Source: Candidatus Moraniibacteriota bacterium
GTDB lineage: Bacteria > Patescibacteriota > Minisyncoccia > Moranbacterales > UBA2206
Reading direction: 5' to 3'
NCBI GenBank assembly: GCA_030679995.1
Contig: JAUXSK010000018.1
Location: 41,828 to 105,827, forward strand
DNA: 64,000 nucleotides
Part shown: positions 38,325 through 47,762 of the stretch, piece after piece
Layout of the letters: the number at the start of each line of letters is the position of its first letter
Numbering within the stretch: position 1 is the stretch's first letter
Translations under genes and position numbers: made by a program
Notes under the pieces: model-generated
What the model was told of the DNA's origin: nothing
The model's database searches: none
What the model saw: only the letters and a program-made list of their open reading frames with translations

Positions 38325-38557
38325 AGTCATATGATTTTGGCTGAAAAACGCCTTTCGTATGGCTAGCAGTAAGCTGTAGGCAATTGGTGATTTCTATCTT
38401 TTGTCATCAATTTTGGGAACTTTTTATCAAGATATGGGCGGATTGGTGCAAGCTGGGCCGTGCCTCGATACTGTTCCTTCCCCGAGGGCCTAGCTCTTGG
38501 GACTTGCCTGCAGATTACTGATTGATAGAGAAAAACTCGGTTCATACCGGGTTTTTT
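38325..38557 (+). ncRNA. Candidate structured non-coding RNA of unknown family
   Basis: Own promoter and terminator, no ORF over 28 aa, four stems with G-U pairs on the + strand. Confidence 0.6.
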
Positions 38558-38618
38558 GTTTGGATAAAAAAGAAAAGGCGGGAGCTCCAGTGTGATGGAA
38601 TTCCCGCCCGGGCAAAAG

Positions 38619-39749
38619 TTATTTCTTATGGCAAGGCCGCAACAATACCCTTATCTCATAATCAAGAGTGAGAACTCTGTTTCTGAGAAAGGAAGCGCAT
38701 TCGTCGATTTCTGAGATTTCTGATATTTCAACTAGAAAATCATCATGTGATGCGGTTATGTCGCAAGTCTGTAATAGGCCATATTTTTTAATTATCAGCC
38801 GGTACAGTTCGCTTGAAACATCGGTTCGCAGGCGGTTTATTCGCCTTGCTTCATGTAAACGGATGGCGGATTCCTGGTCCGTCGTTCCGCGTGTTATCAG
38901 CAAGGCCTGCAAATTATTCGCGGGACAGGCTGATTCCCAGAGTTTTTCCTTGAGGATTATTTTCCTGTGGGTGACTAAGTCACCGGAAATATCCTCCACC
39001 ATTCCCATCAGGGTGTCTCCCAAGGCTTTTTTCGAAAAAGCCTTGTTTTTGTCGCACGTTTGCAAGAATGAAACAAGGATATCCCAAAAAATGCATTCCC
39101 CAGCCGTAACGGACGGGGTGAAATGGAACTTTCCTGATGAGCGTTCCGCTTTTTCTAGCAGGCACTGGCCATATTCGCCAAGTCGATTATTCGTTTCCGG
39201 ATTATGGAAGTCCAAATCAGGAAAGGAAATCTTCGAGACTTCGGAAATAACCAGGTCTCTTAAGACGAGATACATCGGACAGTAGGTCGGTTCATCAATC
39301 GCGCAAGGAATTATTTCATCAACGCTGCCGGTGCTTCTTCTGACCAGCACATCGAATTCATCTCCACCTGCCCGGTCGATTTCCAGGATCAGCGAATGCT
39401 TTTCGCAAAAGTCCCGGATTGTCTGGTTATGGAGAGCTCCGGCAACCAGATCCAGCAGGGCATCACCTAATCGATGGCTGCCGACATCGTTGACCGTTTT
39501 CAGTCCATCCAGATCGAAACGGATCTTAGCGACCCGTTTCAGTCGGGTTTTGATTTCGGCTATCGGCTGGCCGCTAAAAAGAGTTAGGATAAAAATATTG
39601 CGAATCTCGTTTTTTATCCAAGCTCCGCCCTCGTGGAAGCCATGCTTGGCTGCCAACTTCTCGTAATTTGGGGGAGAACAAGTCTCCTTATCGTCATTTG
39701 GTGTCGCCACCCTACTTATCAATTCTTGTAATTCGCTTTCCATAGTCAT
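38619..39749 (-). CDS. Divergent GGDEF (diguanylate cyclase) domain protein
   Basis: RFDLDGLKTVNDVGSHRLGDALL, DRAGGDEF; SD AGGAG 9 nt before ATG 39749; terminator GGCGGGA...TCCCGCC at 38577-38608. Confidence 0.8.
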   Translation of the reverse strand: MTMESELQELISRVATPNDDKETCSPPNYEKLAAKHGFHEGGAWIKNEIRNIFILTLFSGQPIAEIKTRLKRVAKIRFDLDGLKTVNDVGSHRLGDALLDLVAGALHNQTIRDFCEKHSLILEIDRAGGDEFDVLVRRSTGSVDEIIPCAIDEPTYCPMYLVLRDLVISEVSKISFPDLDFHNPETNNRLGEYGQCLLEKAERSSGKFHFTPSVTAGECIFWDILVSFLQTCDKNKAFSKKALGDTLMGMVEDISGDLVTHRKIILKEKLWESACPANNLQALLITRGTTDQESAIRLHEARRINRLRTDVSSELYRLIIKKYGLLQTCDITASHDDFLVEISEISEIDECASFLRNRVLTLDYEIRVLLRPCHKK

Positions 39750-39876
39750 ACGTCGATTCTCCTGTCGAATTTTAAGATTGATGCTTAAGTCCACCTAGTT
39801 GACAGCCAAAGCGCGGTGTCTGGTGTCCAAATAGGTGGACTTAATTTTTTTAAAGAAACTGGGTCGGTAAAGGATG

Positions 39877-42800
39877 TCACAGGTCAGTCACCCGTTCGAT
39901 TTCTTCGATGGTAGTTTCACCCTCCAAGACTTTCAATACGCCGTCTTGGGCCATCGTCAACATTCCGTTTTCCATAGCCTTGTCGGCCAATTCAGAAGTG
40001 ATGGCGCCTTGGGTAATAAGGGCTTGGATGTCTTTATCGACAATAAACACTTCACTGATGGTGGTGCGGCCTTTGTAGCCGAGGTAATTGCATTTTTCAC
40101 AGCCTTTGGGTTTGCAGATTTTTTCAATCGGCGGGATTTCCACGCCGGATTTCGGTGAAATCGTTTTGATAACCATAGTGATTTTTTCTTTTTCTTCGAG
40201 TGTCGGAATGGTTTTTTCTTTGCAGTCGCACAATTTGCGCACCAGGCGTTGTGCCATAAAAGCGTTTACGCCGGAAGCGATATCGGAAGGCGAGACGTCC
40301 ATATTGAGCATCCTCTGGACCGCTCCAGCCGCGTTGTTGGTGTGGATGGTAGAAAGGACCAAATGTCCGGTCAGCGCGGCTTGCACGGCGACTTCGGCGG
40401 TCTCGTTGTCGCGGATTTCACCGATCATCATAATGTCAGGATTCTGGCGCAAGAGCGAACGCAGGGCGGTCGGAAAAGTATAACCCTCTTTGTCGTTCAC
40501 GGGAGTTTGCAGCAGACCTTCGATTTGGTACTCGATCGGATCTTCTACGGTGATGATTTTCACTTCGGGTTTATTGAGGATATTCAAGAGACTGTAGAGG
40601 GTAGTGGTTTTGCCGGAACCGGTCGGACCGGTATTTAGGAAAACCCCGTTTGGCTTGGAAATTTCGTGCAAGATTTTTTTCTTGTTCTGTTCGCGGATGC
40701 CGAGCTTGTTGATGTCCAATTCTTGCGAAGCCTTGCTTAAAAGCCGCATTACTACGGTTTCCCCGTAGCCGCCGAGAATGATGGAGATACGCACGTCGAC
40801 CGATCTTTCCTTGACATCGGCAATCTCATCGGCGAAGCGGATTGAAAAACGGCTGTCGACGACGCCTTCGCGCACTTGGGATTTGACGCCGCTCAGGATT
40901 TTTATTTCACCGAGGATGGCCGGATATTCATTGAGCGGCAATGCCACGACGGTTTGCAGGATGCCGTCGATGCGGAACCGGAATTTCACATCGTTTCGTC
41001 CTGGCTCGATGTGGATGTCGCCGACCCCGAGCAATGAGGCGGCTGCGAAGATGATTTTGTTGATATCGGGGACTTTGGCGAGGTAGATGGCGGCTTGGAG
41101 TTTTTTGAAATCGGCGATGTTTTCTTGGGCTTTGGCAAAAGATTCCTCGTCGACCAGGATATTGCGGCCGAGCGATTGGGACATCAGCTTTTCATAGACG
41201 CCTTCCAAGAAATCACCTTCGCCCGTGACACGCTTCACTTCGTCGATGGAGGTTATGCCGCCCAAAGCTTTCAAAATTCCGTCTTGCAACATCGTGATCA
41301 TTCCGGCCTCCAGCGCGGCCACGGTCAATTCCGTTTCTCCAGCCAGATTGAGAATCAGGCTTTCCAAATCCTCATTGAGGGTGAGCACTTCAAAGATGCC
41401 GATGCGTCCCTTATAACCGAGATTATTGCATTTGGGGCAACCCTTCGGCCGGTAGAGCTTGGTGATCTCTTTGGGTACCTCGACTTTGGCTTTGGGGGAT
41501 ATGATGGATAATATTTTTTTGATGGAAGCGAGTGATTCTTTGGCTGGCACATATTCCTCCTTGCAATCGCACAATTTGCGCACTAATCTTTGGCCGATAA
41601 TCGCATTGACAGCGGGAACGATCAGCGAGGGCTTCACGCCCATCTCGATGAGGCGGGGGATGGTCCCGATGGCGTTGTTGGTATGGATGGTGGAAAGGAC
41701 CAAATGTCCGGTCAGCGCCGAGTTGACGGCGATGTCGGCTGTTTCTTCATCGCGGATTTCTCCCACTAGGATGACGTCCGGATCCTGCCTGACGATGGCG
41801 CGCAAACCGTTGGCGAAAGTGTAGCCACGGGATCTTTCAATCTGGGTCTGGGAAATGCCGGCGACTTCATATTCGATCGGATCTTCGATGGTGATGATTT
41901 TCGTTTCCGGATCGTTGAGTTTGTTGATGAAAGAATAGAGAGTGGTGGTTTTACCGGAGCCGGTCGGACCGGTCGTGAGAATCATACCGTTAGGCGCGGA
42001 AATCTGTTTTTGCAACTCCTCATAGGCCAGGCCTTGCAGTCCCAGACTTTCCACATTGACCTGGATGGAGGAGGGATCAAGAAGGCGCATAACCACACTT
42101 TCTCCGAAACTGCCTGGAATGATGGAAACGCGGATAGCGATTTTTTTAGCTTCGATGTTCACTTCGAAATTACCATCCTGGGCGATGTCGCGCAGGTTGA
42201 TTTTCATGCCCGACATCATTTTTATCCTGGAGATGATGGTTTTGAAGATATTCAGAGGCAAAAAAGCCACGTCATGCAAGACGCCGTCGATCCGGTAGCG
42301 CAGACGGAATTCTTTTTCCTGCGGTTCGATGTGGATATCGCTTGCGCCAAGTTTATAGGCGCCGCCCATGACGATATTCAGGACTTGGGTAGTCGGTAAC
42401 TCGTTAATCCGTTGTTTCAGGGTGATGAGGTCTTTCAGATATTCATCGAATTTTTCCAAATCGTCCCCGGTGAGGTTGACGCTTAGCTGGGAAAGGATGT
42501 CGGTGAAAACGATCTTTTTATATTTCTCTAGGACTTTATCCATATTATAGCGGGAAATCACGAAAATCTGCGTATCCCAACCCCTGGTTTCAGAAAGATT
42601 TTTCAAGTATCCGACAGTTTTCAATTGTATCGGATCAGGCGAGACTATCGTAGCTTTCTTGCCGATTTTCTGGATGATGGCGATATCATAGAGCCTTGCA
42701 TCTTCCTCGGATAGCAACTTCAGGCTTTCAGTGCTGATCGGGACGAGATTGGTGTCAAGATATGGCAGTCCGAGCGCCGCCGCGAAAGCTGCCGCCTGCT

Positions 42801-42912
42801 CTTCTTCGGATTGGTGGCGTAAATTGGACAGGACTTTGGCGGTGTCAGTTTCTTTTTGAGAAGCTCCGACAGTTCCCAAGGATGATGAGCGGTCCCTTAA
42901 TATTTTTATCAT
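39877..42912 (-). CDS. PilB/GspE-type ATPase with two complete ATPase modules
   Basis: Two copies each of DIHIEP, RIDG, TGPTGSGKTTTLYS, RQxPD...GEIRD, TGHLVLSTIHTNNA, QRLVRKLCDC, GYKGR. Confidence 0.93.
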   Translation of the reverse strand: MIKILRDRSSSLGTVGASQKETDTAKVLSNLRHQSEEEQAAAFAAALGLPYLDTNLVPISTESLKLLSEEDARLYDIAIIQKIGKKATIVSPDPIQLKTVGYLKNLSETRGWDTQIFVISRYNMDKVLEKYKKIVFTDILSQLSVNLTGDDLEKFDEYLKDLITLKQRINELPTTQVLNIVMGGAYKLGASDIHIEPQEKEFRLRYRIDGVLHDVAFLPLNIFKTIISRIKMMSGMKINLRDIAQDGNFEVNIEAKKIAIRVSIIPGSFGESVVMRLLDPSSIQVNVESLGLQGLAYEELQKQISAPNGMILTTGPTGSGKTTTLYSFINKLNDPETKIITIEDPIEYEVAGISQTQIERSRGYTFANGLRAIVRQDPDVILVGEIRDEETADIAVNSALTGHLVLSTIHTNNAIGTIPRLIEMGVKPSLIVPAVNAIIGQRLVRKLCDCKEEYVPAKESLASIKKILSIISPKAKVEVPKEITKLYRPKGCPKCNNLGYKGRIGIFEVLTLNEDLESLILNLAGETELTVAALEAGMITMLQDGILKALGGITSIDEVKRVTGEGDFLEGVYEKLMSQSLGRNILVDEESFAKAQENIADFKKLQAAIYLAKVPDINKIIFAAASLLGVGDIHIEPGRNDVKFRFRIDGILQTVVALPLNEYPAILGEIKILSGVKSQVREGVVDSRFSIRFADEIADVKERSVDVRISIILGGYGETVVMRLLSKASQELDINKLGIREQNKKKILHEISKPNGVFLNTGPTGSGKTTTLYSLLNILNKPEVKIITVEDPIEYQIEGLLQTPVNDKEGYTFPTALRSLLRQNPDIMMIGEIRDNETAEVAVQAALTGHLVLSTIHTNNAAGAVQRMLNMDVSPSDIASGVNAFMAQRLVRKLCDCKEKTIPTLEEKEKITMVIKTISPKSGVEIPPIEKICKPKGCEKCNYLGYKGRTTISEVFIVDKDIQALITQGAITSELADKAMENGMLTMAQDGVLKVLEGETTIEEIERVTDL

Positions 42913-43075
42913 AAAGATACGGACTCAATTTTGTTTATTTTACTTCATTTTACTTCATTTCGCGCTATCCTACAAATTGCAAGCTCAAAAAAACTCCCAT
43001 AATGGGAGTTTATCCGGAGTGATATTTTTCAAAGCTGGTTTCTGGTCCGGTTTCCAGTGTCGGATCAAGAAAAAA

Positions 43076-44206
43076 TCAATGGCTGATTTCTTTTATTTTC
43101 TTAGCGATCGATTCTCCAGCCTCAGCTATGTTGGCCATAGTTAGGTGTATCTCCAATGTGTCGCGCTTGAGCGTGCCGTTGAAAAACTGATTGATTCTTT
43201 TTAGCAATTCTTGGTCGGATGATTTCAAATCAGCTACGGTCGAAAGGGAAGTATCATTATAGAGAGCCATAAAAATTTTACCATCACTGTAGTTTTCCTG
43301 CAATTTCTCCAAAATCAGCGCGATATCGGTTTGGTTGGAACGGCTTTGCACGAAATCTTCCACACTGATGATTGTCCAAACCAATTTAGTCTGTTCATCC
43401 AGATTGAGATTTGACATGGCGCGCCCCCAAAGTTTCAGGATATGCAAAGGCTGGGTTTTGTACAGCCAGCGGATGATAGTCTGCTGGTCGGCTTTTTTGT
43501 CCATCAGGGCGGCGGCGGCCAAGAGGGATCGCGGAGTGGTGTTTTTCTTCTGGAAACTTTCCGTGGCGCTGATGATACCGGTCAGAAGACAGTCGGCGAT
43601 AGCCTTGTCGATCAGGTTCACATCCATATCATTGAAGGCGGCGCTTAGGATTTCGCTGCAAGATGAAGCGGTGGTATCGACCAGGTTGATTTGGCCGAAA
43701 TTGTCATTGTCGCTGCGGTGGTCGATATTGACGATCGGGACTTCGAAAAACAGATCCGGATTATTCTCATATATCTTGCCGAGCCGTTCCAAGTCCGGGC
43801 TGTCCAAAACAACGATCAGGTCATATTTGAATTTGGCCAGGATGAAAGAGAAATCACGCGGATTGAGCGCGCCTTTCTCAGGCGTCAGATAAATATTCAA
43901 TTTATCGGCTGTTTTTTCCGTGCGGATATCCCGGATCTTATTGTAGGCCGTGTCGAATGACAGTACGAAGTCGCGGGCGCCGGAAATTTCCGTGAGGATC
44001 CCCTCCGGCTTAGGCAGGAAATCATATTTGGCGGAGAGGTGGTTGGAAAAGGCGATCGTAGCCCGGACGCCTTTTTTTTGCAGAAAAAAATAGAGCGCCC
44101 AAGCGCTGCCGACCGCATCTCCGCTGGGATTTTCCGGAATCAAAACCAGTACATCTTGGGATTTGTCTATGAATTGCTTGAATTGTTCCTGGGGTGACAG
44201 TGTCAT
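43076..44206 (-). CDS. DHH/NrnA-like phosphoesterase, degenerate motifs
   Basis: PENPSGDAVGS, VVLDS, NIDHRSDN, FGQINLVD..ASSCSE; start at MTLSPQEQ. Confidence 0.8.
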   Translation of the reverse strand: MTLSPQEQFKQFIDKSQDVLVLIPENPSGDAVGSAWALYFFLQKKGVRATIAFSNHLSAKYDFLPKPEGILTEISGARDFVLSFDTAYNKIRDIRTEKTADKLNIYLTPEKGALNPRDFSFILAKFKYDLIVVLDSPDLERLGKIYENNPDLFFEVPIVNIDHRSDNDNFGQINLVDTTASSCSEILSAAFNDMDVNLIDKAIADCLLTGIISATESFQKKNTTPRSLLAAAALMDKKADQQTIIRWLYKTQPLHILKLWGRAMSNLNLDEQTKLVWTIISVEDFVQSRSNQTDIALILEKLQENYSDGKIFMALYNDTSLSTVADLKSSDQELLKRINQFFNGTLKRDTLEIHLTMANIAEAGESIAKKIKEISH

Positions 44207-44314
44207 AAGTTGATAGTTATTTTTAAGCAGTATTACAAGATAACAGGATAAAAAGCGCGTGTCAAATAAAGCCCTCTTTTCTTTTTGGCGGATTACCGCT
44301 AACATATGTATGTT

Positions 44315-44854
44315 ATGGAAAAAGAATTTATCACTGGAAATTTCAAAGAAACGCAAAAATTAGGCAAGTCCCTGGCTTTAGAGATTGGAAACGAGCTCCA
44401 AGGTCCAGCCTTGTCTTCAATAGCGCGATCTCAAAGTCCGATTCTGGAAGGCGCCTTCGTGTTTTGTCTGGAAGGCGATTTGGGCGCCGGAAAAACCACG
44501 TTCACGCAGGGGGTATTGAAAGGATTGGGAGCTGAGGGGCCATACACGAGCCCGACCTTTCTCATAATGAAAGAATATAATTTGCAAGATACAAAATACA
44601 AGAAACAAGAAACAAAAAAATTCAAAATTCAAAATTCAAAATTCAAAATTCGGAACATATATCATATTGACGCGTATCGGGTTGGAGCTGAAGATGTTTT
44701 GAGTCTAGGCTGGGAAGAGATGATCGCCGATCCGAAAAACGTCGTAATCGTGGAATGGCCGGAAAAAATCGCACGGATATTACCGGAAAATTCAATCAGG
44801 ATAAAATTTGAGTGGCTGGATGAGAATCAGAGGAAAATAACCTTTGGAAAATAA
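44315..44854 (+). CDS. tsaE: tRNA t6A biosynthesis ATPase TsaE, with two repeat-derived insertions
   Basis: LEGDLGAGKTTFTQG, SPTF, YHIDAYR, IVEWPE. Confidence 0.95.
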   Translation: MEKEFITGNFKETQKLGKSLALEIGNELQGPALSSIARSQSPILEGAFVFCLEGDLGAGKTTFTQGVLKGLGAEGPYTSPTFLIMKEYNLQDTKYKKQETKKFKIQNSKFKIRNIYHIDAYRVGAEDVLSLGWEEMIADPKNVVIVEWPEKIARILPENSIRIKFEWLDENQRKITFGK

Positions 44855-44884
44855 AAAATCTTACCGTTGCGGTAAGATTTTTTT
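44853..44884. terminator. Bidirectional intrinsic terminator
   Basis: AAAAAATCTTACCG-TTG-CGGTAAGATTTTTT. Confidence 0.88.
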
Positions 44885-44889
44885 AAGTG

Positions 44890-45894
44890 TTAATTTATTT
44901 CGATATCCACGTGGATCACTTCTGGAAACTTTTTCTGGATCCTTTTCTCGATGGCGTCGATCTTGCTGCCGATGAGGCGCGGTACGCGATCGATGTAGTC
45001 TGCGCAAAAACGTACAAAGCCGGCATAATCGTCCTTGATATCATCGAATTCATCTTTGAGCGCCCCGTTTCGGTACATCGCTTTCATCAGGGCCGGTCCA
45101 TGGAATTCAACTTCGCATTTGATGCGGTATTTTCTGAAGTCTAGGGTGGAGGATTTGAAATCGATGACCTTTTCAACGGCTGGCTCGGCCTCAAGGATTT
45201 TGATGATATGTTCTTGCATATCTTCCGGCATAGATTTTTCCAACAGGTATTCCCGATTTTTAGCGATTAGGATGATGGCGACAACCGCCAGGAGGATGCC
45301 GATGAAGATGGAACCAATCGCATCCCAATAATGCTGGCCGGTCAGATAGGTCAGGACGATGCTGGCAATCGCGATTAGGATACCTAAAACCGCCACTCCG
45401 TCTTCATAGAGGACGGCGATAGAGGACGGATCGCCCTGGCGCAGCGATTGCGCCAGGCTTTGGTTTTTGATTTTGATGGCGCGAAAAGCGATGATGAAGG
45501 TAAAACTTTCAATGATGAGTGAAAGGATAAGGATAGCGAATATGGCAGGTGAAATATGCACCTCGGCGGTTTGGCGCAAATCGCTGATGCCTTTGTAGAT
45601 GGTCACGCCGGCGCCCAGAAAGAAAATCCCGCAAGCCGAAATGAGCGCCCAGAAAAACCTTTCATGGCCGTAGCCATAGGAGAATTTCCGGGTGGCTTTT
45701 TTGGAAGACCTCTTGATGCCGACCATCAGCAACGCCTGGTTGCTGGTATCGGCCAAGCTGTGGATGCCTTCGGAAAAAAGCGCGCTGGATCCAGAAAGGG
45801 AAAAGCCTGCGAACTTGAGAATCGTGACCAGAAGATTGCCGCCCAGGGCGGATGCGACCGGCCAAAAACCGGAGGTTTTGTCAGTAGGTATCAT
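44890..45894 (-). CDS. Cation diffusion facilitator transporter (ZnT9-like)
   Basis: SEGIHSLADTSNQ, YGYGHERFFW, VLYED, WDAIGS. Confidence 0.92.
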   Translation of the reverse strand: MIPTDKTSGFWPVASALGGNLLVTILKFAGFSLSGSSALFSEGIHSLADTSNQALLMVGIKRSSKKATRKFSYGYGHERFFWALISACGIFFLGAGVTIYKGISDLRQTAEVHISPAIFAILILSLIIESFTFIIAFRAIKIKNQSLAQSLRQGDPSSIAVLYEDGVAVLGILIAIASIVLTYLTGQHYWDAIGSIFIGILLAVVAIILIAKNREYLLEKSMPEDMQEHIIKILEAEPAVEKVIDFKSSTLDFRKYRIKCEVEFHGPALMKAMYRNGALKDEFDDIKDDYAGFVRFCADYIDRVPRLIGSKIDAIEKRIQKKFPEVIHVDIEIN

Positions 45895-46124
45895 TGAATA
45901 AAGATAAGATTACGCTTGATAGTATAACGCAAAAACCCGGAACAAGGAAGCTTTGTAAGACTTGTCACGATAGGAGTAGGCTTGGCTGATCTGCGAAAGG
46001 GCGGACTGTTTGTTTTAAAAGCTTCCATCCAAAGCCGCTATTTTTAAAAATAATGATTTTGGAAAAAGCGGGAATCGTCTGAGCGTTACAAGTCGATTCC
46101 CGTTTTAATGAAGTCCGGGTTAAT

Positions 46125-46367
46125 CTAAGGGACTTTTTCCATATTATACCCCCAGTGTTTAAAGGGTAGATTCAATTCGGCCATCCTCAGACCCAAGGGG
46201 GAATTAAATCGAATGGAGAGGATCAATTCTCCTTTTTCTCCAAGTCTGGCAAATAATTCCAAATTTTCTCCCCCAGTCTCTTGTGAAAATTCGGCCATCT
46301 CGGACTTTATTTCTTCAAACGCGATTTTGGCCTGCCCAGACAGCAATATTCTGGAAAGATTAAGCAT
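46125..46367 (-). CDS. Hypothetical protein
   Basis: Strong SD AAGGAGGGTG; hairpin CGGGAATCG...CGATTCCCG downstream at ~46069-46102. Confidence 0.6.
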   Translation of the reverse strand: MLNLSRILLSGQAKIAFEEIKSEMAEFSQETGGENLELFARLGEKGELILSIRFNSPLGLRMAELNLPFKHWGYNMEKVP

Positions 46368-46892
46368 TTCACCCTCCTTTTTCAGCGTGATTGGTATTTT
46401 TTAAAATACAGCCCTTTATTTTTTTAGGGTATGATATTGTAGCTCTATAATAATAAATTAGCAAGCGACTGGAAATGTTCGCAGAATATCCTAAAAATTT
46501 TCCAACCAAAAAAACCGCCACGATTCCACTCAACAGATCTAAGAGAAGGATTTTGATTTGCCCGGCGGAACAGTGTCGGCTTTCTAAATGGATTGAGCTA
46601 TAGGGTACTTAATATATTGCAATTGCCATAATTTAAGTATGCTTAAATTTGCAGCTTTGGGAGGGCTTTCAGTACAATTTTATATTTTTTCAAAAATTTC
46701 CATTTGGTTGTTATCATGGATATTTCCGCATTTGAAATTTTAATGTGCTCCTGCTGAACCCATCATTCTTGCATCAAATGACGAGTTTGGTAAGAAAAAA
46801 ATCCAAATGGGACATAGTAATACGGATATCTTATCTTTGATTTAAGCTATGCTATAATAGGATAATGAAATTAAACATTTAAAATCAAAACA

Positions 46893-47648
46893 ATGCGAAA
46901 AACCAAAATATTCCTGCTCTTGCTGGGCGTGCTGGCGCTGGCCGGCTGCTCGCAGGAGGAAGTGAGGCAAAATACGGTGGACAGTCCGGTTTTGAATCCG
47001 GCGGCCAATACCCAACAGATGCTGGATCTGAAAAACCAGGCCCAGCAAAATATCCAAGGATCGGTCGATAAGGAAAACGCAAGATTAAATAATACGCTTA
47101 ATGAAAACAATATGAATGATGTGGCAAACGCACTAGGGGAAAACGCAGCGCTGGTCAAAAACTATCCGCTGGCTGTAATTAAAACCAGCCTGGGAGATAT
47201 CAAAGTTAAGTTCAATGGCGACAAGACGCCGGTGACAGTGGGTAATTTTCTGAAATTGGCACAGGCCGGTTTTTACAATGACACGAAATTCCATCGGGTC
47301 ATCAAAGGCTTTATGATCCAAGGCGGCGATCCGAATTCCAAAAAAGATAACGTTTCCACTTGGGGAACGGGCGGACCAAATTATCGTTTCAATGACGAAT
47401 TGTCGGGACAGGAGAAATATCCGCAAGGCACATTGGCAATGGCTAATGCCGGACCGGATACCAACGGGTCGCAATTTTTCATCGTGACGGCCAGCCCCGA
47501 GGCGCCGTTGCCGCCGAGTTACACCGTTTTCGGTTCCGTCGTGTCCGGCTTGGATGTGGCGCTCAAGATCGAGAACGTCAAAACCGGAACCAATGACCGG
47601 CCGGCGGAGGATGTGGTGATCAAGGGTGTTGAATTGTTGGAGAAATAA
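46893..47648 (+). CDS. Cyclophilin-type peptidyl-prolyl isomerase lipoprotein
   Basis: Lipobox LAGC, FHRVIKGFMIQGGDP, LAMANAGPDTNGSQFFI. Confidence 0.96.
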   Translation: MRKTKIFLLLLGVLALAGCSQEEVRQNTVDSPVLNPAANTQQMLDLKNQAQQNIQGSVDKENARLNNTLNENNMNDVANALGENAALVKNYPLAVIKTSLGDIKVKFNGDKTPVTVGNFLKLAQAGFYNDTKFHRVIKGFMIQGGDPNSKKDNVSTWGTGGPNYRFNDELSGQEKYPQGTLAMANAGPDTNGSQFFIVTASPEAPLPPSYTVFGSVVSGLDVALKIENVKTGTNDRPAEDVVIKGVELLEK

Positions 47649-47662
47649 GAAACTTTGTTTTC

Positions 47663-47695
47663 AAAAAAAAGCCTGCTCAAAAAGCAGGCTTTTTT
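47663..47695 (+). terminator. Intrinsic terminator
   Basis: AAAAAGCCTGCT-CAAAA-AGCAGGCTTTTT. Confidence 0.85.
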
Positions 47696-47762
47696 GATAG
47701 TAAAAATTTCAATGGGTAGAAAATAATTTGTAATATCCAGATCTTCTAGATATACTTGGTAT

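Noticed and set aside
46440-46815. Possible decayed gene upstream of the cyclophilin
   Set aside because: Only short broken frames; no family recognisable by eye
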